From an uncultured Candidatus Binatia bacterium (lineage in GTDB: Bacteria > Desulfobacterota > Binatia > UBA9968 > CAXXLF01), in contig OZ244621.1 of the NCBI GenBank assembly GCA_965218425.1, forward strand, positions 2,272,001 to 2,336,000: 64,000 nt of DNA, given 5' to 3'. This document shows, one piece after another, positions 41,781-52,321 of the stretch; within the stretch, counting starts at the first letter, position 1; the number at the start of each line of letters is the position of its first letter. The notes below the pieces were generated by a model, which saw only the letters and a list, made by a program, of their open reading frames with translations, searched no databases and was not told where the DNA came from. The translations under genes were made by a program, and so were the position numbers.

Positions 41781-43343
41781 CTATTTATCCAGCCAGAGGT
41801 AATTGAGCCCGCCGCCATGGTAGCGGAAGTGACCCCCACTATCCGTATTGAAGCCCTTGACGTAGTCCCGGAACATAAAAAAGCGGGGTGTAAAGCCGAT
41901 GGGTATATCCGGTATGTCTTCGGTCACTTTGGCGACAATTTTTTGAAAGAGTTCCTTCCGCTTCTCGGGATCGGACTCGACCTCGGCCTGTTTAATGAAT
42001 GAGTCCATCTCCTTGTCGCAGTAACCGGCTGAATTTGCGGCCCGTTTCTTCAGATCGTGTTCGCATATGAACTCAGGCCCATACGTAGGGTAAGGATCGG
42101 GATCGAATGAACCCCCGGAAAACCTCAAGGCGAAATCGCCTGAGCGTTGGCTTGCGACATAGGCACTGTAGTCCATGACCTGAAGGACGACCTTCAAGCC
42201 GATCTTTTTAAGCTGGGCCTGAAGCGTTGCCCCTTCGGTTTCCATGTCTTCGCCCTGCCGCCCCGTGATCGCGATCGGCTCTCCCTTATAGCCGGATTCC
42301 TTCAGGAGGGCTTTGGCCTTTTTGAGATCCAGCTTCGGCGTAGGTATCCCCTTGAAATGCCAGACATGCCCCTTGGGATATAGTTGGTTGGTAGTTTCTC
42401 CAAACCCAAAATAGGCTGCCTCTAGAATTTCCTTTTTGTTGATGGCATGGGCTACGGCCTGGCGCAGCTTCTTGTTGTTGAAGGGCGCGCCTGCGACGTT
42501 AAAGTTGAGGTGGCGATAACCGGCATGAGGGGCTTGCACATGGCGGATCCCTTTGATCTTGCCATTGAGGACCTGCTTCACCCACTCGTAGGGAGCCCGC
42601 TCGATGATGTCCACGTCTCCCGCGCGCAATGCCGTGAAGCGCACGGTGGAATTCCGGATGGGCCTGATTACGAGCTTGTCGATGAAGGCCTTGTGCCCCC
42701 AATAGCCGTCATAGCGTTCGAGGACGATTCGCTGCCTGGCCCGCCACTCAACGAACTTGAACGGCCCGGTCCCCGGGGGAAACGAGCTGGGCTTGGAAAT
42801 ACCCGCTTGCACGGATTCTTTGGGGATGACGGAAAAGGCGCGGATGTCCGAAAGCAGCGAAAGAAACGCCGGGCTGGCTTTTTTCAGGGAAATCTTCAGC
42901 GTATGTTTATCTACGGCTTCCGCCCGCTCAACCAGGGTGAGCCGGACAAAACCGTAGGCTCCATTCTTGGGATTCTTCGTGTAGTCGATGGCGAACTTCG
43001 CGTCTTCTGCCGTCACCTCCCGGCCGTTGTGGAATTTGACTCCTTTGCGCAGCCGGAACGTATATTGCCTGCCGTCCTTGGAGATCTCCCACGACTCGGC
43101 GAGGTTCGGGCGAATTTTTCCCTCTAGATCAATGGTCAAGAGCGACTCGAACATGAGGTCACGGAGGGATTTATCGGTGGATGAAGTTCTGACCAGAGGG
43201 TTCATCATGGTCAGATCCTTACGGGTTGAAAAGGTTAAAGTGCCGCCCCGCTTGGGTTGGCCTTGCGCGTTACCGGCCGGCGCCGCAAGGGCCAATAAGA
43301 AGGATGATAAAACTAGGCCTGCAATAATATTCCATTGCTTCAT
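41781..43343 (-). CDS. ABC transporter substrate-binding protein, family 5 (DppA-like), orphan
   Basis: PKRGGTL, PNLAESWEISKDG..YTFRLRKGVKFHNG, GTGPFKF, LRQAVAHAINK. Confidence 0.92.
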   Translation of the reverse strand: MKQWNIIAGLVLSSFLLALAAPAGNAQGQPKRGGTLTFSTRKDLTMMNPLVRTSSTDKSLRDLMFESLLTIDLEGKIRPNLAESWEISKDGRQYTFRLRKGVKFHNGREVTAEDAKFAIDYTKNPKNGAYGFVRLTLVERAEAVDKHTLKISLKKASPAFLSLLSDIRAFSVIPKESVQAGISKPSSFPPGTGPFKFVEWRARQRIVLERYDGYWGHKAFIDKLVIRPIRNSTVRFTALRAGDVDIIERAPYEWVKQVLNGKIKGIRHVQAPHAGYRHLNFNVAGAPFNNKKLRQAVAHAINKKEILEAAYFGFGETTNQLYPKGHVWHFKGIPTPKLDLKKAKALLKESGYKGEPIAITGRQGEDMETEGATLQAQLKKIGLKVVLQVMDYSAYVASQRSGDFALRFSGGSFDPDPYPTYGPEFICEHDLKKRAANSAGYCDKEMDSFIKQAEVESDPEKRKELFQKIVAKVTEDIPDIPIGFTPRFFMFRDYVKGFNTDSGGHFRYHGGGLNYLWLDK

Positions 43344-43394
43344 GGTAAAGCCCTCCTTTTGAAGCGATTGATTACCATTAGGTCATGGCCATGT

Positions 43395-43607
43395 CAATAT
43401 CTCGCCCGCCGGCCGGTCTTGCCGTCGGGGAGATGGATCGCGGCGTCGAACCGGGCGGCGGCATCGGCGTGGTCGATTTCGTCGATCGGCCTCCTGCCGA
43501 AGGCGGGGAGGATGCGGGCCTTGAGATAGATGCGCGCGGTCTTGCGCCCGGAGGGTTTCCAATTGGGGTCGGGGCGGCGCAGATATTGCTCGGCGAACGC
43601 CTTGAAA
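43395..43607 (-). pseudogene. Internally deleted tyrosine recombinase/integrase remnant
   Basis: FKAFAEQYLRR.DPNWKPSGRKTARIYLKARILPAFG..PIDEI (core-binding domain) is joined to IHLPDGKTG (catalytic-domain Lys loop). Confidence 0.55.
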
Positions 43608-43688
43608 GATTGAAACAGCCAAGGTCTTGTTGTACCGATCTTTCAGTTCCTGTAGCGTCGGCCTTAACGGGCCGGTGAGGATTGAAAT

Positions 43689-44427
43689 ATGATCAAGGCT
43701 GCATTCCTGACCTGTTTGACGGTCGTGCACGCGATCCTGTTGGCAAGCGCCGCCGGGGCCCGGTCGATGGAAGCGGCGCACGCCGCATTCGCCGAAGGCC
43801 GATTTGTCAAGGCCGCCGAGATCGGCCAAGCCCTCAAGACATCCGACGGATATGCGCTGGCGGCCAAGTCGCTGGCGATACACGGCTACTTAATCGCAAA
43901 AGAGGAAGAGAAGCAGGCTTTGTTCGACCGCGCCATGCTGTTGGCGGAAGAGGCGGTCCGGCTCGACGCGGCCAATCCGGAGGCCCATCTCCAGTCGGCC
44001 CATGCCATGGGCCGATACGCGCAGACAATCGGCATGTTGCAAGCAGTCAGTGGAGGATATGCGACGAAGGTGCGCGAGGCCGTCGGAGAGGCGCTACGGC
44101 TGGACCCGAAAATGGCGGCCGCTCATTTGGGCCTGGCCACGTGGCACGCGGAACTCGTCAACGGCGCGGGTTTAATGTCCGGTTTTCTTTATGGGGCTAC
44201 CGAAAAGCAAGCTCATGCACACTACGAGCGGACCCTTGAGCTTGCGCCCGATGAAAAGGTGGCGTTTGTCGAATACGCGTTCGGCCTTTTGCTGATGGGC
44301 GACCATAAACCGCGAGCAGGCGCGTGATTTGCTCATGAGCGCGATCAAGATGCCGTCCAAGGACGCTTTCGACCGTCTCATTCACCAAAAGGCGGTGGAG
44401 CGACTGGCGTCCCTCGACGGCAGGTAG
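43689..44427 (+). pseudogene. Secreted TPR-like protein with a frameshift near 44307 (may be a sequencing error)
   Basis: Signal peptide, AVRLDAANPEAH, ALRLDPKMAAAH; another frame continues NREQARDLLMSAIKMPSKDAFDRLIH to TAG 44425-44427. Confidence 0.6.
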
Positions 44428-44507
44428 TCAAGTCGAAGAAGTTCGAAGTCTGAAGTTTGAAAATAGGGCAAAGGCTTTTCTTCTCCCTATAATCCGCACC
44501 GCGACGC

Positions 44508-44883
44508 TTACGGGATAACCTCAAAGCTCATTTGCCGGAGGTGATGGTCCAACGTCAATGCCCGGCAAATTCGCAATTCTCGCATGAGAACAAAGCCGCG
44601 GCAGTTGGTAAAGGGGAACTCCTTGTCCCGGTAGCGGAAGAAGGGCGACCGTGCCAATTCTCTTCGTGCTTCGTCAATGGACTCGATCCGCAGTCGCGCC
44701 GCGCCGTCGATTTGCGGCTACCAAGCTTCAGCGGCATCAAGACCAAGGCGGAACCGGATGGTGGTTAACGTCTCGTCGATCACATAGTCGGTGGTCGCTA
44801 GCGCGCCTCCCTCCGATAACCGTTGACCCCGAGCTTGCCGTATGGCCGAGTTCGCGGCATCGGTGCGGTCGGTGGCGGCAATC
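44508..44883 (-). pseudogene. vapC: Degraded PIN/VapC toxin
   Basis: Not in the ORF track: LATTDYVIDETLTTIRFRLG...AW-TAG(44718-44720)...FFRYRDKEFPFTNC..FVLMRELRI..ALTLDHH; 5' end missing. Confidence 0.75.
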
Positions 44884-44989
44884 TACTTTTGAGGACCAAG
44901 GTCTGAATGCCAGACCTATTCATCGGATATTTCACGTCTCAAATAGTGACACAAGGAACCGATTCCCGGTCAACCGGACGTTCAGCTTC

Positions 44990-45412
44990 AGCCAAGTTTC
45001 GAAGCGGCGTTGCCAAGGAGACTTCTCGCCTCCTCGAAGGATGTAATGCGAAGAGGACCGAGCACGCCGGCGTCTCGGCGGCCTCCGTTTGGCAGAAGAA
45101 AAACCGCCGGCTATCGAACTCCTCCGGGTCCGTCCAGTGCTCCAACAGTCGCTTGGTAATTCCCGTAACGCCCGGATACCCGGCTTCGCGCCATGCCCGC
45201 ACGCACGGCCGAATCCGGTTGACCAGAGGGATCTCGATGAAATGGCCCGGGTCATCGAATGATCGGGAGCCCTCCGAGGCAATGACGTATCCGGCCGGGC
45301 GACGACCTTCTGCAAGATCGAACAGATGCGTCGTCCGATCGTAACTCCAGTGCCGGGCCGGCTCCTCGTAGGGTGAGTTGACGATCAGCTGGTCAATAGT
45401 TGTTCGCGCCAT
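44990..45412 (-). pseudogene. N-terminal fragment of a Type III restriction (Res) subunit
   Basis: IVNSPYEEPARHW, GRRPAGY, LVNRIRPCVRAWR..GYPGVTGITKRLLEHW, FFFCQ.EA.ET; then loses similarity. Confidence 0.75.
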
Positions 45413-45414
45413 TA

Positions 45415-45545
45415 TCAGCCCTGTGAAGGAATGTCAGGCTCAGGCGGCACGAGTGGTTCGAGCAGGGCGATCAACCTTGGCAGGTCTTCCCGCACCGTTT
45501 GCCACACAATATCAAGGTTTATGCTGAAATACGCATGCCGACGAT
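45415..45545 (-). pseudogene. HEPN/DUF86 (HepT-like) C-terminal remnant
   Basis: RHAYFSINLDIVWQTVREDLPRL. Confidence 0.65.
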
Positions 45546-45729
45546 TTCCTCCCACGGAATGGCTGACAACTGTCCGCGAGTGGTTTCGATTATCTGTAGT
45601 GGGGTCGGGTAGAGGGCCTAAGGTCCAGGGGCACGTTCCGGCTGAGTAGATCCGTGACCGCATGACCGTGTCGTCCAAAGTGAGCCTTCGCGTCAGCCGC
45701 ACACGATCTTGCGGGCCTTCCAGCGTTTT

Positions 45730-45905
45730 CCGGTTCAGCAGCCGTTTCTGATACACCACCTGATTCTGTTCATCGATCAGTCCCACGACACTGTTGTTAG
45801 AGTGCAAGTCGATGACACCGTACAATTGCATAAGCTCCCTCCTTGAGTTGTAATGTTGGTTATCAAACCAACTTACCGCCTCTTGGTGGAGCCTTCTAAA
45901 TGATT
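45730..45905 (-). mobile_element. IS110-family transposase 5' remnant with upstream end sequence
   Basis: MQLYGVIDLHSNNSVVGLIDEQNQVVYQKRL (DEDD RuvC-like first Asp) from ATG 45831 with GGAGG RBS; truncated after about 33 aa. Confidence 0.65.
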
Positions 45906-46012
45906 ATCAAATCTTTTGCTGACAAATTAGTGGTCCAGCTTGCAGCTGAAAACCGATGGCCCGTCATTTAGATTTGATGCCGGCGGTCAAGTAGATAAGG
46001 GGTTTTTCACCT

Positions 46013-46278
46013 TTAGTTAAGGATGTCTTTGAAAATATGCGGGGGAGCTACTCCGGAACCGGAGGTGAACCAGAGCATAGGTCCGAACTGTTGGATGGCC
46101 AGGTTCCCGCTGAAGTAGAGCCCCGGGATACTTGACTGGAAATGTTCGTCCAGGAGGGGGAATCCTCCGGATACCTTCAGGTGAATAAGAATAGTTTCAT
46201 AATCTAGAAAAAAGAGGTTGGATACCGCAGGCCGAAAACCCGTGCCTAGGATGATATGGTCCGCCTCCAGCGGCTGCG
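46013..46278 (-). pseudogene. C-terminal fragment of an NAD(P)/FAD-dependent oxidoreductase
   Basis: EADHIILGTGFRP...PLLDEHFQSSIPGLYFSG..A..FGP; no start. Confidence 0.6.
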
Positions 46279-46281
46279 GAG

Positions 46282-47406
46282 TTAAGGCTCGCCGTAAAAA
46301 CGCACGGCGTTGTCGTACAGGAATTTTCCCTTCTGTGCCTTCGTGAGGTCGGTTCGGTTCACCAGCTCCGTCGCCGCGTTCTCCCTTGCCTCGCCGTGCG
46401 GAAAGTCTGAAGCGAAAAGCACGTGGTTTTCACCCATGAGCTCGATCTCACCGGGCAAGAGCGGGTCCTCGGCCTCCGGGGCCACGAACAACTTTCCCGA
46501 TTTGAGATAGTGTCCGATATCTCTCTGCGGCAGTGTCTTTATCGCCGCGTCTGTCCGGTAGGTTGGAAGATAGTGGCCAATACGCCCCGCCATGTAAAAT
46601 AGCCACTCGGCTCCAAATTCCAAGAAGGCTACCTTTAAGTCGGGATACTTGTCGAGCATGCCATGTCCCACCACCGCCACAAAAGCAAGTACCGCGGGGA
46701 GGGACATTCCGATGGCATGGGCATCGAGTCTGCTCTGGCAGAGGCGCTCGAAGGGAGGGAAGCTCATTCCCATGTGGACGCAGAGCGGAAGCCCGCTATG
46801 GGCCAATTCATCCCAGACAGGACCGAAGGTGGAATCAGACAACATGCACTCCCCCGCTGTTCCGTATACAACCGCGGCGCTTGCCCCCATTCCCAGCATC
46901 TCTTGGAGAGCCTCGCACCCTTGTCGGGAATCACGCAGAGGCAGGAGGCCGGCCCACTTGAGCCGCTTTGAGAAGTGGGTACACTGGCGTCCGACGTAGC
47001 GGTTATAGGCTCGAAACAGGACCGCTTCGAAGGTTGGGTCCGACGTAGCATTGGCATACAGCGTCGTGGGAAATACAAATTGAACATCAATTCCTGCCCT
47101 GTCCAGTTCACGAATTCGAGACTCCGGGTTCGACAGGTCAAGACTTTCTACGACCTGCGGTGATGCGCCGAACTCCTCAAGGACATCCGTTGGCTTATTG
47201 GCGCCTTGAGTAGCCGGCCCAAATGGGTGAGGCTGCATTCGACCATCCATCAGCCACCCTGTGTTCCATCTGCCCATACCGTCGTGGTCAGAGACTCTTA
47301 CGGCACGAGGACGCCGCGCCGCGTACTCGGGAGGCAGGTCTTCCCACATCTTGGGACTCAAAATTACATGCGCATCAGCATCGTAAATGCGATAGTCCTG
47401 AAACAT
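46282..47406 (-). CDS. Amidohydrolase-2 family metal-dependent hydrolase
   Basis: DADAHV, QFVFPT, LPLCVHMG, AFLEFGAEW, LFASDFPHGE. Confidence 0.9.
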   Translation of the reverse strand: MFQDYRIYDADAHVILSPKMWEDLPPEYAARRPRAVRVSDHDGMGRWNTGWLMDGRMQPHPFGPATQGANKPTDVLEEFGASPQVVESLDLSNPESRIRELDRAGIDVQFVFPTTLYANATSDPTFEAVLFRAYNRYVGRQCTHFSKRLKWAGLLPLRDSRQGCEALQEMLGMGASAAVVYGTAGECMLSDSTFGPVWDELAHSGLPLCVHMGMSFPPFERLCQSRLDAHAIGMSLPAVLAFVAVVGHGMLDKYPDLKVAFLEFGAEWLFYMAGRIGHYLPTYRTDAAIKTLPQRDIGHYLKSGKLFVAPEAEDPLLPGEIELMGENHVLFASDFPHGEARENAATELVNRTDLTKAQKGKFLYDNAVRFYGEP

Positions 47407-47699
47407 ATTTACCGTCCCCCGTCAGCAAAATGATTTCCCAAACATTCTCTACATGAGTATGAACACTTGGCGCGCCCCATAAATGTTTCCGGTCAGTCCA
47501 CGCCCCGTCCCTTTAGCAGAAAAGAGTGTCCGACATCAAGCTACTAGGTCAATTCCCTATATACGCTTCCTTAGCATTGTGTTTTTGATATCGAAATTAT
47601 CGGTCTAACAGCCAAATTTGGTTGTGCTGCAATTTTCAGATTTAAAAACAGTCAATTGGCTTGGTCCAGCGCGGCGTGGAAGAAAGATTGTCAAGATAT

Positions 47700-48080
47700 C
47701 CAGGCCCGACCCCTTGACCTTCCACTTCGATAGGCCATAAGGGTCTTTATTGTCCGACCTTGTCGGTTGGCTCCAAAATAATCCACCTTCAATAAATGGG
47801 TGCCGATCTTTAAAAGAGCCCGAGAGGTTCTTTAATTCCTTAGGAGTCGCTGGACTCCCGCGCACCTTTAGTTTGCCCTCTTTTTTTGCCGCTCGATCCG
47901 GGGCTTGGGCAATTGGAGCTCTTGGTCGATCCCGTCCAGAATGGAAGGGTCAAGCTTGAATCGTTCCAGCAGCTCCGGCGTTGATTTCGGTATTTGCGCG
48001 GTAAACCCATTTTGCGGGAGTATTAGCAAGAGGGCCAGGAAGCATAAAGAGCCCGTAAGTTTCTTGGAGTTTTTTACCAT
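47700..48080 (-). pseudogene. Degraded extracellular solute-binding protein
   Basis: Signal peptide MVKNSKK..., frameshift in an A-run near 47880 into KEGKLKVRGSP...FKDRHPFI; degenerate beyond. Confidence 0.45.
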
Positions 48081-48391
48081 GGCCTTTCTCCTTTCGTGGA
48101 GCCCACGCATAATAGTTCCACTTGGATTCTGTCGAGGCGCGTCCTCCCAGCGAACCGTATCTCAGTATTTTATTGACAATTGACATGCATTCGAAGCTTT
48201 ACTAGAGGTTACCTGAGGCAGGAACTCTCCAAACATTAGCGAAACTTTCGGTAGGATATGAGGCCAGCGAGGGCGGGGAGCGGCAAGGACCAATAATTTC
48301 CAAAGGTTTATTAGCCGGCCGGGATTGTAGGATTCCCTGATCCGAATTCTGTTAAAGGTTTTTAACGGGAGGCTCTTGAAGAGTTAAGAAA

Positions 48392-50707
48392 GTGAAAATG
48401 AATAACACAAGTTCTGTAACAGGTCAGGCAAGATCGGCAGACATCGCGCGGGCCCTCAAGGTTTCCGAGCAACGCCTCGATGGCCCGTTAAAGGTGAGTG
48501 GACAGGCGCGTTTCACAGCTGACGTATGCCTCCCGGGGATGTTGTGGGCCAAGTTTCTATTGAGCCCTGTAGCCCACGCGCGCGTCGTTTCTGTTGACGT
48601 ATCAGCCGCCAAAGCGTTCCCGGATGTGCATGCTGTGCTGACGGGTGCTGATATTGGCCAAAGACGGTTCGGCCGCCAATATTATGATTGGCCAGTGCTG
48701 GCAACCGACCGAGTAAGGTTCATCGGTGATCGAGTGGCCGCAGTGGCGGCCACGAGCCCGGAGGTTGCTGAGGAAGCAGTGAATCTTATTAAATTCGAGT
48801 ATGAAGAGCTTCCTTCTGTCTTTGATCCAGAAGCTGCTCTGGGCGATAACACACCCATCCTGCATCCTGACCGGTCAGAGTACTATTACCGGTCAGGTCA
48901 GTTTCCGGCAGTGCCCCACCCGAACCTGCAAGGGCATCGGCTGATACAGAAAGGTGATTTGGACATTGAGGGGGCTTTTGCCCGGGCTGACCGCGTCTTC
49001 GAGGACATCTACACGGCTCCACGTCAGCATCAGGGCTTTATCGAACCGCATACAGCCGTAGTCTGGATTGAATCCGATGGAACGGTGCGCGTCGTGTCGA
49101 CCAATAAATCTCCGTTCCTGTTAAGGCATCAATTGTCAGTGGTCACTGGAGTTGTTCCCGAGCGGATCATGGTTGACAGCATGTATATCGGCGGTGACTT
49201 TGGTGGCAAGGGGCTCTCAATCGACGAGTTTGCCTGTTATTACCTAGCTCAGGCAACCAGCCTTCCCGTAAAATCGGTTATGTCATACACGGATGAACTA
49301 CAAGCCTCGAACCCATTGCACTCCGCCAAATTCTATTTGCGTACAGGAGTAACCAAAGATGGCCACATCATTGCGCACCAATCCCGCGTGTTCTTTAATG
49401 GCGGCGCCTATGCTGCGGGGAAACCAATTCCAGGCCTAACTCCTCCGTCTGGGTGGGGTGCCCTTGAGGTTTACAACGTGCCCAACGCCCGAATGGAGAC
49501 CTTCCTCTGCTACACCAACACGGTCCCGGCTGGGCAAAGGCGGGCTACCGGCGCTGTGTTCTCCGCGCTGGCAGGCGAGGGGCATGTGGATCATATTGCG
49601 CGAGAATTGCAGATGGACCCGCTGAACTTCCGGCTCGCGAATGCGATTCGTGACGGCGACACGGGCCTCGCAGGGGAAGGTATAAGGAACCCAAGGGTTC
49701 TCGCTGTACTGGAAGCGATTCGAGGCAAAACAAAGTGGGGTAGGAAAGCCAAGCGACCAAACCATGGACGTGGGATAGCGATACGTCGGAGCCATGTAGG
49801 CCAAGGCAAAACGGAGACTGCCTTTCACCTTCGCCCCGTAGGAAAAATTGAAACGGTCTACGGGACGCCGGATCAAGGTAGCGGTTCCCACACGGTGATC
49901 CAGCGAATCGCAGCCGCTGTGCTTTCAGTCAAACCCGAGCGAATTCTGGTAAAATATGAGACGACCGCAAAGGCACCTTACGATCCAGACGGCGCGGGTT
50001 CGAGCCGGGTGACCCATATTGCAGGGCAGAGCGCAATCTCGGGGGCGACAAAACTTAAGGAGAAGTTAGAGCATCTTGCCTCGGAGGTAATGGGCTGGCC
50101 TGCAGGCAAGGTCAGCCTCAAGCAGGACAGGTTTGTGGTCGGTCGTGGATCCTCGAATTGGGCGAGCTTTGAAGAGGTTACAGACCGCATTTTACTTCAA
50201 GGGCCAGTAGAGGTCCTCGGCTCGTATGATAGCAGCAGCCAACAACCGGAAGCTCGCGACTTTAATTTCTGCGCGTACATGATTGAGGTCCGAATAGATC
50301 CAGTCACTGGTCAAGTTCACCCCATCGAGGCGGTCATGGCTGTGGACGTTGGGACCATCATCAACCCAATTGCCCACCAGGGTCAACTGGAAGGCAACTT
50401 TGTCTTCGGGCTGAGTAGCGCATTGATGGAAGAGTTACTTGTCGAGGATGGGAAAGTTACCAATCTAAGTCTGGGCGAGTATAAACTTCCGACAACAATG
50501 GACATACCTCCGTTACAAACTGTCTTAGTGCCCACTGACATCGGACCCGGCCCCTTCGGGGCTAAATCAGTGGGTGAGATCGCAAACAGCGCAGTTGTTC
50601 CTGCTATTGCCAATGCTGTGTACGACGCGGTCGGGTGCCGTGTCATGACCTTACCCATCACTGCGGAAAGAGTGTTCAAAGCCCTCAGAAAATCAGACAA
50701 GGCGTGA
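48392..50707 (+). CDS. Xanthine dehydrogenase family molybdopterin-binding large subunit
   Basis: KVSGQARFTAD, HQGFIEPH, IGGDFGGK, DQGSG, GSSR, DVGTIINP, GQLEG, GAKSVGE. Confidence 0.93.
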   Translation: MKMNNTSSVTGQARSADIARALKVSEQRLDGPLKVSGQARFTADVCLPGMLWAKFLLSPVAHARVVSVDVSAAKAFPDVHAVLTGADIGQRRFGRQYYDWPVLATDRVRFIGDRVAAVAATSPEVAEEAVNLIKFEYEELPSVFDPEAALGDNTPILHPDRSEYYYRSGQFPAVPHPNLQGHRLIQKGDLDIEGAFARADRVFEDIYTAPRQHQGFIEPHTAVVWIESDGTVRVVSTNKSPFLLRHQLSVVTGVVPERIMVDSMYIGGDFGGKGLSIDEFACYYLAQATSLPVKSVMSYTDELQASNPLHSAKFYLRTGVTKDGHIIAHQSRVFFNGGAYAAGKPIPGLTPPSGWGALEVYNVPNARMETFLCYTNTVPAGQRRATGAVFSALAGEGHVDHIARELQMDPLNFRLANAIRDGDTGLAGEGIRNPRVLAVLEAIRGKTKWGRKAKRPNHGRGIAIRRSHVGQGKTETAFHLRPVGKIETVYGTPDQGSGSHTVIQRIAAAVLSVKPERILVKYETTAKAPYDPDGAGSSRVTHIAGQSAISGATKLKEKLEHLASEVMGWPAGKVSLKQDRFVVGRGSSNWASFEEVTDRILLQGPVEVLGSYDSSSQQPEARDFNFCAYMIEVRIDPVTGQVHPIEAVMAVDVGTIINPIAHQGQLEGNFVFGLSSALMEELLVEDGKVTNLSLGEYKLPTTMDIPPLQTVLVPTDIGPGPFGAKSVGEIANSAVVPAIANAVYDAVGCRVMTLPITAERVFKALRKSDKA

Positions 50708-50745
50708 ATCGCCTGACCTAGGGAACCCCTGGCGGTTTCTTGTTC

Positions 50746-51536
50746 TTATCGTAATAAATAGGTGGCGGTAAACTCGGGTTTGCGACGCTCGGTGAAGGCA
50801 GCGGACCCTTCATCATAGGCTTTGCTCTGGCGCAGGTGTGCGTAGTACTCACGATGCACTTTGAACCCTTCTTCCCAGCCCTGGATATCGTACAACAGTT
50901 TGTAGATGTACTCTTTGGTATGAGCGGCGATGAGTCTTCCGTTCCGATTGATGGTTGTGCATAGTTTCATGCAGTCATCAACCAGCTTGTCGGGTTCACA
51001 GATCTTTTGCACCAACCCGAGTCGAAAGGCCGTCTCGGCGTCAACCATTTGGCCGGTGAAGGCAAACCAGAAGGCCCGGCCCGAGGTGAGGGTTGTCAAG
51101 TATGAAGGCCAAGCAGCCAGATGAGACCAACGGACCTCAGAGCAACCGAATTTCGCCTGTGGGACACAGTATCGAACGTCGCAGTTCAGGGCGAGACTGA
51201 AGCCGCCACCGACGGCAAAGCCGTTGATCGCGGCGATAACCGGCTTGTTCATCTCCAGGTCGCGCAGGTTCGAGTAATTCCGATTTCCAAAGCGTGGTTT
51301 TGAAACTCACCTCTTGCCGCGGCCAGGTTTTCTTTCAAGTCCCCACCCGCGCAAAAGGAATCCCCGGAGCCGGTTAAAATAATGGTCCAGACATCGTCGT
51401 CGTCCTTGGCCCTTTGCCACGCCTCGTCCAAAGCCCGGTGAAGGTCACTGCTGATGGAATTCTTTTTCTCTGGACGATTGAGCTGAATGATTGCCGTATG
51501 TGGCTCTCGTTTTTCGTAGATTAGAAGGTCTGCCAT
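50746..51536 (-). pseudogene. Enoyl-CoA hydratase/isomerase family, frameshifted near 51303
   Basis: LNRPEKKN and FCAGGDLKE in the 5' ORF; KPVIAAINGFAVGGG in the 3' ORF. One missing base in a T/A run rejoins them. Confidence 0.8.
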
Positions 51537-51613
51537 GGCCGCTCCCTTTTTCTGATACAGAAGACCATCGGATTAAATGGATGCCTAATCTCAGGATCCA
51601 ATGGTTCGATCGT

Positions 51614-52030
51614 CTATTCATGAATGTCGATGAACACGCAATCGAGGTCAGACAGGTGGGACTTCCCGTAGCGACAGGTTGCTAATAGCGCGAGTCTTGC
51701 CTCCCTATCCGGACCCAGCCCTACCGGCTTTGCGGCGCTGGACGGGTCGGACTTCTCTAGATTTTCTAAATCCTTTCTTACGGTATCGATGCTTTCGACT
51801 TTGAAACCTACATGGTCCAAACTGGGTTTCTCGATCCCTGTCCCTTTGAAATTCGTGATGTCCCAAGAATTAATTACTAGAGTTACCCTCCCATCGGTCA
51901 GGTAATAATTAGAATCCTCCAGTGCTTTGTCCTCCTCTTCGAGTTCAAATATCTCCCGATAAAACCGTGCAATTTCTGGCGGATCTAGGACACGCAATAC
52001 GAAGTGGTCTATAGGCGTGAATAAGGGGTC
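51614..52030 (-). pseudogene. VOC/glyoxalase family, C-terminal half only
   Basis: IDHFVLRV.DP...ARFY.EIF.L, YYLTDGRVTLVI, LDHVGFKVES; no credible N-terminal domain. Confidence 0.6.
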
Positions 52031-52321
52031 AAGTTGACCCCTTTGCCTCCAACGAAAACACCGTTGAAACTCCGATTTTTCAAGCCGGAAATCTCCTGAG
52101 GATTTCCAGGGCATTCGCAATGAATTCTGTCCGCTAACAAAAGCCGTTATGTCAGGCGGGCGAGCCCCGGGTAAGTACCGGGTGAGAAACCGTGCGCAAT
52201 GCGCGTCGGAGACGGTACGGATAGCCTCAGGAACCGTGGCGGTTCCGGCTGTCCCGGCGAGCGGACGCGCATCTTCCCGCCTGAGACCTCGATCCCGCCG
52301 AGGGGTGGATGCCGGTCAAGG

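Noticed and set aside
45415..45831. 138-aa ORF as a real IS110-HEPN fusion protein
   Set aside because: Only about 33 aa of transposase and about 35 aa of HEPN flank unrelated sequence; a chance in-frame join of relics.
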